Shown piece after piece: positions 20,348 through 31,500 of a DNA stretch of 64,000 nucleotides; within the stretch, counting starts at the first letter, position 1; the number at the start of each line of letters is the position of its first letter. The translations under genes were made by a program, and so were the position numbers. The stretch comes from Octopus vulgaris (Eukaryota). The DNA lies in the NCBI GenBank assembly GCA_951406725.2, contig OX597826.1:26102001-26166000 (forward strand). Reading direction: 5' to 3'. The notes under the pieces are model-generated. The model did not search any database. It was not told the DNA's origin and saw only the letters and a list, made by a program, of their open reading frames with translations.

Positions 20348-22206
20348 GTATATTTATATGTATGTATATGTGTGTGTATGTATGTGTGTGTACGTACTCA
20401 TACATTCTCTCTGCTGTCTTACATCCACTCACATACACATAAGCATACATGTTGCATCCTCACCAGTCATTAATTGCTATATTCATATTTCTTTTTCAGG
20501 AAACTCAGGTACCACATTGGTCCATTTCAACATTTTGGGTTTCATTTATAATCTTAAAATCAGAGAAGTAAGAATAAATAACCGTCACGTTACTGTGTTT
20601 TTTTTGTTTTTTTTTATCTCAAAGTGAATTTGCAGCAGCAATATTTACCAAGACACTGAAAGTCAACCAGTGAAGGGGGTTATCCATTGGAATTCCAATC
20701 TTAAAAAATTCTTTGGAGTTCGAAGATGTTGATTCTGTTAAAATTGAGAATGTCAAAAACTTTATTGAATCAAATCAAAATGAAAATTCTCTCAAGTGGG
20801 ACCATGATGCCTAGAAGCAAAGTGTTCTTGAATAAAATGAGTAATAGTACTTTCATTCGTTTATAATCAGTTAAAAATAAAAATTAATATCACAAAGTTG
20901 ATTAAATAGTGAAGTAAACCAATATGTAACAGATTGCTAATATATTATATTTATTAAACAGTAAAGTTCATTGATAGGTAGGAATAGAGAAACAATGGGT
21001 AACAAATCGATCATAAAATCACAAGAATATAAGAAACCCGTTTTTGCTCAATAAATATTTGATTGATGTATGTTTTGTTTTGTTGTACGCTTAAATTTTC
21101 TTTTCGCTTCACTTTACAATTTATTTTGGGTACCGTAATACAAGGGAAATATCTGAACTATTATGACATAAAGCATTGTTCCTTTTCTGATGGAATTGAA
21201 TAAAATATATTAAATACAATAAAATTTTCTTTGAGCCTGTACAAACTCACATTTCTTGTATAGAAAACGGAACATATAAATATTAGAAAGTTTATACAGT
21301 TGGTTAATGTAATGAAATATTCATGCACGGTATTTTTCAATGCATACATTTTTGATTTAATTCTTCGTACAGGAAACTGCAAGCGATTGCATGTCAGTTG
21401 ACACTGGTTATGATAGATATTTCAATTTACTGCTGTGATTACTTATCTATCGATTGAGTGTTTAAGTTTAAAAGTAAATATTTTGAACTTCGATGCAAAA
21501 TAAGCATATATTTGTCCGGCTTTATATGGAGATAAAACGCTCATATCTCCAATGAAATGAAACTATATTGGTCAAACGGTATAATTATTCATAGATCGTG
21601 TTTGGGTACATAAGCAACAAATCAAAATAACTGGCTTAGAAAATTTCCATGTAATGATCTCAGTATTTGAGCACGTGGTACGTTCAAATCATTCTCACTT
21701 TTCAAAATATAGTAAGAGAATAATCAACTACAACAAGCGAAAGAATATTTTACAAGAATTCTAAATCTAAGACTGAAATATAAATACCCGGCACCACTAT
21801 TAAATGTAACATCTCTAAAAATATTGTATGTATGTGTGTGTAGGTACTCATACATTCTCTCTGCTGTTATACATACACGTGTTTCTGAAAAGCCGCGAAC
21901 AGGCAATCACCTGCCTTCCGAAAACTGTGTCAGTCGTTTTATTTTTATTTGAAATTGTATTTCTATAGCAAAACAAATTTGAATTTTCAGAAAAAGCGTT
22001 TTATATAATGCTACTGCAACAAAAAAAAAATTATAGACAAGTTACACAAACACACATTCACAAACAAACATACACACACACATAAACACATACACCTGCA
22101 AAACTACGAGTAGCCCCGAACCGAATCAAACTGTTTTCAACATGTAAAACCTACTAAATGTTTTAAGTGTCCTTTTCTTTAGTTTCCCTGCTCACTCATA
22201 TATATA

Positions 22207-22616
22207 CTCTCTTTAATCTCTCTTTTACTCTTTTACTTGTTTCAGTCATTTGACTGCGGCAATGCTGAAGCACCGCCTTTAATCGAACAACTCGACTCCG
22301 GGACTTATTCTTTTGTAAGCCCAGTACTTATTCTATCGGGCTCTTTTGCCGAACCGCTAAGTAACGGGGACATAAACACACCAGCATCGGTTGTCAAGCA
22401 TTGCTAGGGGGACAAACACAGACACACAAACACACACACGCATATATATATATATACATATATACGACGGGCTTCTTTCAGTTTCCGTCTGCCAAATCCA
22501 CTCACAAGGCTTTGGTCGGCCCGAGGCTATAGTAGAAGACATTTGCCGAAGGTGCCACGCAGTGGGACTGAACCCAGAACCACGTGGTTGGTAAACAAGC
22601 TACTTACCACACAGCC
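22207..22616 (-). mobile_element. tRNA-derived SINE
   Basis: Reverse-complement match to the 14540 family. Confidence 0.85.
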
Positions 22617-22850
22617 ATATATATATATATGGGTTCGAGTCTCTCGCGTACAGGAAAGCCTCCTTTTTTCTGTCGCGGGCTTATATGCCCCTTTATTAGA
22701 CTATTTCTCCATAGTCATTGCACCGTGTTTGCCATAAGCTTTAAGCTTATATAAATATATCATTATTATTATTTACAGGATTGTAAAACACGGCGCCGTA
22801 TAAAAACAATTCACACCGAAAGTATATATATATATATATATATATATATA

Positions 22851-22935
22851 CTTTATTTCAAAGCAGCAGAAAATTTAACAAAACCTGTTACTCAGTAACA
22901 GGTTTTGTTGAATTTTCTGCTGCTTTGAAATAAAG
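22851..22935. repeat. 85-bp near-perfect palindrome, remnant of the 54505 fold-back family
   Basis: ctttatttcaaagcagcagaaaatt...gttact-c-agtaac...aattttctgctgctttgaaataaag. The continuation to 23008 resembles 54720-54804. Confidence 0.8.
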
Positions 22936-23005
22936 CATGTTACTCTACCCCTGGTATTTGAGTGCTCTTTTTTTCCACCTTGTTTCACAATTTTGTGTTT
23001 ACTCC

Positions 23006-23077
<72 letters not shown>

Positions 23078-23441
23078 CATATATGTGTATGTATGTATGT
23101 ATGTATGTATGTATGTATGTATGTATGTATATATGTATGCATTTATGTATGTATGTACATATGTATACTGAGACAGATGTATTGTGAAGTATGAAGGTTA
23201 ATTTTGAGGGCTTCAAAATAAAACGAAACCATTGTTGTACACGTGATGTTTATAAGCATAATTAACATACAGCTCGTACATGCATGTGTGTGCGCGAGTG
23301 TGTGCGCGAGTGTGTGTGCGTGCGAGTGTGTATCTGTGTGTATGTGTGAGTGTGTGTACTTATGTATACTAGCGGGACCCATGGATTTTCCACGAACCGA
23401 TTAATAGAATGCTGAGTAAATAATAAACGTTTTCTATATAT

Positions 23442-23850
23442 GGCGCAGGAGTGGCCGTGTGGTAAGTAGCATGCTAACAAACCACATGGTTCCGGGTTCA
23501 GTCCCACTGCGTGGCACCTTGGGCAAGTGTCTTCTGCTATAGCCCCGGGCCAACCAATGCCTTGTGAGTGGATTTGGTAAGCGGAAACTGAAAGAAGCCT
23601 GTCGTATATATGTATATATATATATATGTGTGTGTGTGTTTGTGTGTCTGTGTTTGTCCCCCTAGCATTGCTTGACAACCGATGCTGGTGTGTTTACGTC
23701 CCCGTCACTTAGCGGTTCGGCAAAAAGAGACCGATAGAATAAGTACTGGGCTTACAAAGAATAAGTTCCGGGGTCGATTTGCTCGACTAAAGGCGGTGCT
23801 CCAGCATGGCCGCAGTCAAATGACTGAAACAAGTAAAAGAGTAAAAGAGA
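23442..23850 (+). mobile_element. tRNA-derived SINE, full length
   Basis: Matches the 14540 family. Confidence 0.88.
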
Positions 23851-24250
23851 GAGTATATGTATGTATAAAAATAACGCATTTAAGAAATCTCTACATATAT
23901 AATAGAATGAGATACTTAGGGAACAAATACTAAAATTGCATATATTTGTACAGTTCCATTTGCAAATACATAAAGCTTAGCTATTATTTGTATCCTTTTT
24001 TAACAAACAATACTCATAGACTGGGAAAATAAACAACACATAGAGATACTTGGGAGTGTTCATCTTGTGTACAAAGATTGCCAGTGTCAATCAGTACGTC
24101 GTACTTCACCCCCAACATAGAGCCATGTCAGTTTCCTCCGGTATGAATACAGAAAACAATAGTCCTGTACATGTACAAAACTATATAATACATGTCATAT
24201 ATAAATAGTTTCCTCTTTTGAATGATATTCATTTAATATATATATATATT

Positions 24251-24642
24251 GGCTGTGTGGTAAGTAGCTTGTTTACCAACCACATGGTTCCGGGTTCAGT
24301 CTCACTGCGTAGCACCTTCGGCAAGTGTCTTCTACTATAGCCTCGGGCCGACCAAAGCCTTGTGAGTGGATTTGGTAGATGGAAACTGAAAGAAGCCCGT
24401 CGTATATATGTATATATATATATATGCGTGTGTGTGTTTGTGTGTCTGTGTTTGTCCGCCTAGCATTGCTTGATACCGATGCTGGTGTGTTTATGTCCCC
24501 GTTACTTAGCGATTCGGCAAAAGAGACCGATAGAATAAGTACTGGGCTTACAAAAGAATAAGTCCCGGGGTCAAGTTGCTCGATTAAAGGCGGTGCTCCA
24601 GCATGGCCGCAGTCAGATGACTGAAACAAGTAAAAGAGTAAA
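24251..24642 (+). mobile_element. tRNA-derived SINE
   Basis: Matches the 14540 family. Confidence 0.88.
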
Positions 24643-26535
24643 AGGGATATATATATATATAAACCAAGGACACATACCTAATGCAATCAAGTGTCTCCAG
24701 AATTTCTGAAAATACTATACCCCTTGAAGTCGGTACCTCTCAGTAGACAATGATTTTAGTAACAATTCGCCCTCTTCTCCTTCCTTGTCTGTCTGTCTGT
24801 CTCCATCACTTGAACTCTTACATCTGAGAGTTTGCAGGTTCTAGAGTATACCACAGACAACTGCCTATGACTGAACACTGGCTGGGGTAAGAACTCTGTG
24901 ACTTGTTAATAGTCATGGCATATAACAAACGAACAGGAGACTGGGTTCTCTCCAAGGTGAATTGCAAGTAAAGGTCGCTTGGAGCCAGCTTCATTCTGCG
25001 TATGAGGACACGACTCCCAATTAGTGAGCTGCTAATCAAGGAAACCTCGACTGAATGTTGATGCGTAGCCACTACGTCCAGACTTGTACTATTCTGGGTG
25101 AAAATGTTACGAAGAAACATTACTATAGAGCCGGATTTTAAACTCAGTTTATGAAGAGGCATTCCTGATGGTGTCAATGGGTTTAGAAATTCAAGTGGAT
25201 AGCTCTCAGCCTCAGCAGGACCATCTGTCAAAACTTTATCTGTATTATAATACGTGCGGCAGTCACCTGGAAGTTGTGTCAAAACTTCTCCATTGATCAG
25301 GAGGCAGTCAGTTCTTTGGCGAAAGAATTATTCTGCTTCTTCCCTATTCTTCAGATGTATTGTTGAATGTATAACTCACCAGAGATCCATCAACGCATGA
25401 AATTTGAGCCACTTGTATGTCATCAGCAGCAAGATTAGGATCTTGTGGCGCTGCATATGTTCCATTGCCAAGATGCAAGAGCCATGCTGCAAATTCCTTT
25501 TGATTTGCTGTTGTCCTGATATTGATTTGCTGTTGTCCTGATAATCTGTATGGGATGAAATTCAGCCACAGAGGAAAACTTTTAATGCAGATTTAAATGA
25601 TTGCCTCACGAGTTCCTCTTGGCAATATGAGTACGTCTTGCCTAAAGTCTCCTCCCAAGAGCACAACTTTACCACCAAAAACATCAGCAATGCCAGTGAT
25701 ATCTCGCAGAGCTTTATCAATAGCATGAAGAGCAAATGAAGGGATCATAGAAGCCTCGTCCAAGATGATCAAATCCAGGTTTCGTAAATGATTTGCATGG
25801 TCTGAAGTAGCTGGTACATAACAAAACGCTGGCCTCCGTGAGTGGGACAGGCAATTTGAACAAACTATGGATAGTCTTTCCAACTGACAGTAGTGTAGAG
25901 GCAATGACTGTCCAAGCACCACTGCACACGTTCGAGTTGTACCTTCGCAGATAAAAAAAATATGGTATTAAACATATTTACTACAATCTCCTGGTGCATC
26001 TACACAGAAACAAGAGTGGTTGGGCACCCCCCTTCTTCTTATCTACAGATTCAAGCACAGCATTAGCAATCAGTCTCTGTTCATCAGTAAGTGTTGTAAT
26101 TTCTGGGTGATCGAGGTTTTCATGATAGTCAAGCTGCGGCGTTCAAATAGGTTCAGGCAGTCCAATTGCTAAACAATTAATGCCATTCTCGATCAAAATT
26201 TTTCTGTGTTTCTAGGTTTCACTGTATACATTCTACTAATGATATTAGTATTCCTTTCCCTTGGTGTCCATGTTCTAGTGCGCTCATTAAATACAAAACA
26301 AAATGGTCACATTGTTGCAAACGTGATGTTATAAGAGTAATTAACATTTATGCAAAAATATTATGTAAAACTAAACAACTTGACAAACAACAATTCTCAA
26401 AAGAGGAAATTTTTTGACAAAAGACATATTCATTCTCATAAGATATATGTCTCTCCTTCTCTCTCTCCCTCTCTCTATCTCCCTCTCCCTCTCCCTCTCT
26501 CTCCCTCTCTCTCCCTCTATCTCCCTCCTTCTCTC

Positions 26536-26860
26536 TGTGGTAAGTAGCTTGTTTACCAACGATTTGGTTCCGGGTTCATTCCCACTGCGTGGCAACTTGG
26601 GCAAGTGTCTTCTACTATAGCTTCGGGCCGACCAAAGCCTTGTGAGTGGATTTGGTAGACAGAAACTGAAAGAAGCCTGTCGTATATTATATGTGTATAT
26701 ATATATAATTTGACTGCGCCCATGCTGGAGTAACGCCTTTAATGGAACAAGTCACCCCCAGGACTTATTCTTTGTAAGCCCTGTACTTATTCTTTTACGG
26801 GAACGTAAACACACCGACACCGGTTGTCAAGCGATAGTTGGGGGCCAAACACACACACAC
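26536..26860. mobile_element. Two SINE halves in opposite orientation (5' half on +, 3' half on -)
   Basis: 26536-26685 matches the SINE head; 26710-26860 matches the inverted SINE tail. Confidence 0.65.
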
Positions 26861-26912
26861 ACACACTTCCCCTCTCTCACTTCATATATACATACATATA
26901 TATGTAAATATG

Positions 26913-26951
<39 letters not shown>

Positions 26952-27344
26952 GTGTATATATATATATGTATGTATGTATTTTGTATATTGGATATGTCTA
27001 CCAGGGTACTCGTAAAAGCTGCTGTGGAACTTGTTGCTGACTACCGTATATTAATCCCAATATCCCGAGTTAAATATATGGGATTATATATGCGGTACTC
27101 CGTGTAGAGTAGGATAAATTATATTACTTACGAGTAATACTTAACGGATAGAAATTTTATATTTACATTAATTCATTGCTACCATGGTTTGAATATGCTG
27201 AGGTGTCCCATTATAGTACGTGTCATGCCAAAACACATGTAGTGAAGCATTAATAAAAATATAAAATCTCCATGTGTGAAGTATTTTCCGCTATCAATAT
27301 GTGCGTTTGCGTGCGTGTGCGTGTGCGTGTGTGCGTGCGCGCGC

Positions 27345-27396
<52 letters not shown>

Positions 27397-27654
27397 TTTG
27401 GAGTGATGCATGTTCCGCAAAATCTTGCTGAACAAGCTGCACAGATCATTTGTTCATAGTGTACAAATATTCATGCTGTTCATTAGATTACTACCTCCAT
27501 TAAATTGACGTTCTCTGTACGGACGCACCGTGTGCTATAGGCCAGATATCGAAGTCATCACAGAGCAATGTGGAATGAAGCGATGTGCTCAGTAGCATAA
27601 AGCATCACCCAGCACGAGAATCGAAAGCACGATCTTGCCATCTGAGTAATTATT

Positions 27655-28097
27655 CTTTTATTCTTTCACTTGTTTCAGTCATTTGACTGCGGCGACGCTG
27701 GACCACCACCTTTAGTCGAGCAAATCGACCGCAGAGCTTATACTTTATAAGCCTAGTACTTATTCTATCGGCCCTTTTGCCAAACCGCTAAGTTACGTGG
27801 ATGTAACACACAAGCAGCATAGGTTGTCAAGCGATGTTGGAGGGACAACACAAACACACACACACAAACACACGCACTCACACACACACACACACGCATA
27901 CACACACACACACACATACATACATACATACATACATACATACATACATACATACATGTACATATACGACGGGATTCTTCCACTTTCCGTCTACCAAATC
28001 CACTCACAAGGCTTTGGTCGGCCCGAGGCTATAGTAGAAGACCCTTGCTCAAGTTACCACGCAGTGGGACTGAACCCATACAGCCACTCTTGCGCCT
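27655..28097 (-). mobile_element. tRNA-derived SINE upstream of paralogue 3
   Basis: Reverse-complement match to the 14540 family. Confidence 0.82.
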
Positions 28098-28441
28098 ATA
28101 ATTAATTGTTAATTAAGAGGCTTATTAAATTTGAGGCTTCAAAGTAAACTGGTCTCATTGTCGAAAGTGTGATGTTTGTAAAGACAATTAACATTTGGGC
28201 CAAACTAGCGATGACGTGAAATACTGTATATAAATGAACTCCTTGTAAAACGATTCCTGTAACGCAAACGTTTAGACAAAAGAATTCTTGATTCTTAAGA
28301 GGTTGAAGTATGCTTTGTTGATGTAATTATTACTTAAATAGTTTCCTCTTTTATCTAACTAAAAATAAATGTTCCTTTATCTTTTGTTTGTTTTCAATAT
28401 CATATAAATGAAAGGAATTGTACACGAATCACATTAAACGC

Positions 28442-28449
28442 TATAAATA
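28442..28449 (+). promoter_or_regulatory. Putative TATA box of paralogue 3
   Basis: TATAAATA 122 nt upstream of the ATG, followed by the 5'UTR motif tagcga...tcgaattttga shared with copies 1 and 4. Confidence 0.55.
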
Positions 28450-28563
28450 TAGAACCGATCGTATTCTTGTTACACATTCGTCTATCATCTGTAACTGTCA
28501 AACTTCTGTCTCACTAGCGAGCGATTCTGTTTCGAATTTTGAGAAGACGAAATCAAAAGTACA

Positions 28564-31500
28564 ATGAATATGATAACTGTAATCTTCTACGTAGCTGTAG
28601 TGGTATGTCTGGCAAATGGTGCTGCCATACAATTGGAACCAAAGATAAGTAGAGGTAAGTGGTAATCTATTTCTAAACAGTATACGCGCACATCCATCCA
28701 TCCATCCATCCAACCATCCATCCGTCCGTCCCTCCGTTCGTCCGTCTGTTCGCGTGTCCGTCTTCTGCCCGTCCGTCCGTCTTCTGCCCGTCCGTCCGTC
28801 CGTCCGTCCGTCCATCTGTCCATCTGTCCGTCTGTCTGTCCGTCCGTCCATCCGTCCGTCCGTCCGTCCGTCCGTCCGTCCGTCTGTCCTTTCCTCTGTC
28901 CGTCTGTCCGTCCTTCCGTCCGTCCGTCCGTCCGTACGTACGTTCGGCCGTCTGTCCGTTCCTTTGTCTGTCCGTCTATCCATCCCCCAAAACATACATA
29001 CATACATACATACATACATACAGCTCCTTTCATAGTAAGCCCCTCTTTTGCTTTACGCTAGGAGCTTTACTGACATTAGCGATAGGAACATAGACGTAAT
29101 TATGCACGCCAGGAAATCGCTCCTGTTAAATATAGATCCATCTTCAGTCTAGCAAACTGACCAAGAAAGCTCTTCCAATGTGACGATGGGAACTTTCGAC
29201 AGCGCGAATATCTACGACCGCATAGTATTGGATATACTAGACACCTTAACGAAGCTGTACCCATCAATCTTTGGTTTATACAGTGATGATGTTTTAGTCA
29301 TCACTAGAAGCGCTAACGGGCATATTCTTGATAAGCTTATGAAGGACCTAATCCCCAACGTTCGCCCCCTTAGGTTCAATTACAATTGAGAACAACCTTA
29401 CTATAATTAACTTTTTAAATGTTATGTTGTTCTGGGTATCTATTCATACAGGCCCTACCGCAAACCAAACGAAAGGCTGCCATACAGCTTCTTGCCACAC
29501 ACCTATCGTATTTAAGAACCTAGTGAATGGTGTCAGTAAGTGTATTGCTATCCTGTCCTCAAGTAACTAAATTTACGACGCCGTGGCCCACTACTACAAC
29601 AAGGCTTTGGCATCCAGAGTATTTAATGTCCGCATCTATATGTTTGGCCCTAACCCCCACAAAATGAAGCGCCACTATGAAGTGGTCTGGTTTGCCCGAC
29701 TCTTCTCATGCAACGTTAAGATTTGCGTCGGAAGGAAATTCCTCATCTTAGCATACAAAACCTTCACATAGTCACATAGAAACGGATTTTTTTTAATAGA
29801 CACAACTTAGGGGGTTTCTTTCAGTTGTGCGCCCAGCGTTATAAAAGATATTGATGAGCACCTCTAAACCGTGAACGTGGAGGCTGGATGTTTATGCAGG
29901 GTTAACATTAAGTGCCCAGTGGATGTCGATGCAACTGCGAAGGTATAGTGTCTTAGGCTGTGGTGGTGACCGGCATTGGACACGGCAGCGGCACCGTTGG
30001 CAGTAACAACAGCAAGAGTTCGAATATCACAACTACCAATAACAACAGCGGCGGGAGACACTCGTAACGACGGTGGTAGTTACATCAGTAACAAGTCAAG
30101 CAACAACGGCAGCTACCGCGGCAATACCAAGACTGGAACAACTGGGACTGTATCTCAACGGGAGCAAACGATGTAAGCTTTGGTTGGCCTACAGAATTTG
30201 AATCCTGAAAACCTTATTAGCTTTCTTTAAAACTCTCTTAAAAGTGTCCACGAACCGTTCGGCTCTTCCATTCGATCTAGGGTGATACGGTGCTATAAGT
30301 TTATGTTCTAACGTGAACATCTCACAAAATCTTTTAAACTCACAGAATAAAAACTATGCTCCGTTATCAGAGATAATTATATCTGGTACACCAACAGCTC
30401 GTGTAAGAAGTTTATTACCGTATATGAGATTGGTCGTTTACACCGCGCAACCTCAGGCCATTTTGTTTATCTGTCCACTACTATTAAGTAATAATATCCA
30501 TTTGCCAGGCCTGCAACATCGATATACAATCGAGACCATGGTATTTTCACTTCCGGCCAAGGTTCACATTTTGTAGTAGGTAGTCTCGCTACCAGCACAT
30601 CCTCTGCAGATTTTTACTAAGATTTCAACTCCCTTCTCCTTGATTGGCCATTCGCATCAGCACTTTTATTCTAGAGATGCCTGGATGTCCCACATTAAGC
30701 TCTTATAGTATTTTCTCTGTAATGTCTCTGATATAACCGCTGTCTGGGCGTACGTTAGTACACCATCGTATATAGCGTATGGCGGTTCTTTGCATCAGAC
30801 CTTTCTTTATTTCCTTTCGTCGACCACAGTTTTCTTTTTGTCTCATTAATAAATTTGTCATTTCTGCATTTCTTTTTATTTCTTCCAAAGTTACTGCTAC
30901 TTCACGCACAATATTCCACATCACTTCTTTTTTGTTTCTGCTTCCGCTCTTAGCGGTGCTATAACGGTGTTCGCCAGTAGTTCGTTATTTCTCGAAATTA
31001 CCCTAGAAAGACCATCGGCATGTCCTAATATTTTTGAGGGTAGATAATCCATTCTATAATCGTAGTTTAATTCAATGGTACCTTCACCAGTCTGTTTGCT
31101 GTATGTGTCAGGATTCCTTCCTTGGATCCGCATATCGTTAGTAGAGATCTATGGCCCGTTTGCAACCAAAAACATCAGCCGTGAATGAACCTGTGAAATT
31201 TTTTCACGTCAAATATAATAGCCAACGACTCATTTTCGATCTGGCTATAGCTCTTTTCTGCCGCCAATGATGATGTCCTTGATGTGTGAGCTATAGCCTT
31301 TCTCCTGCCCTCGTTATCCTTGTGTAGGAGCACAACTCCTATCCCATACTCGCTAGCATCTGTAGTTACTATTATTTTCCTCGTACTGAATTTGAAGGTA
31401 CAACTCTGAGATGTCTAACTTCGAAAAAATTTCCCTCGGTTTAGTTTAGCAAAAACTTCTGGGTTTGGAAGTGGGTGATTGTGTGTGAGTAAACAGTCGT

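Larger units (their letters stand above)
16478..20814 (+). pseudogene. Paralogue 2, partial/disrupted (exon 2 16478-16699, exon 3 17381-17464, exon 4 20500-20814; no exon 1 found)
   Basis: Exons 2 and 3 are open and in phase with intact splice sites (DEIDAAATLLKEIIEEHQ...LMCRLTSSLGICKL; LTVRLNIKPHGLDV...HMG). Exon 4 reads normally to ...RHVTV, then a poly-T run replaces Cys3, about 30 nt are missing, there is a premature TGA at 20625-20627 and an extra A near 20703-20708. The homologous stop is at 20812-20814. I found no EPKI-type signal exon between 11012 and 16478. Confidence 0.8.
23368..26300 (-). mobile_element. Decayed autonomous Helitron (PIF1 helicase region) interrupted by two SINEs
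   Basis: Frameshifted ORFs 24818-25929 carry PIF1 motifs GKTIHSLFKLP, LIILDEASM, FGGKVVLLGGDFRQ, EFLNPLTPSGMP and YAMTINKSQ. A hairpin plus CTAG-T terminus lies at 23368-23395. Confidence 0.8.

Noticed and set aside
24818-25929. Host PIF1 helicase gene
   Set aside because: Intronless, multiply frameshifted and linked to a Helitron-type terminus, so it is a transposon relic.
28691-29020. RTDG/DGRT repeat ORFs (28498-29033)
   Set aside because: A (CCGT)n/(CCAT)n microsatellite in intron 1 of paralogue 3. The minus-strand ORF overlaps the real signal exon only by chance.
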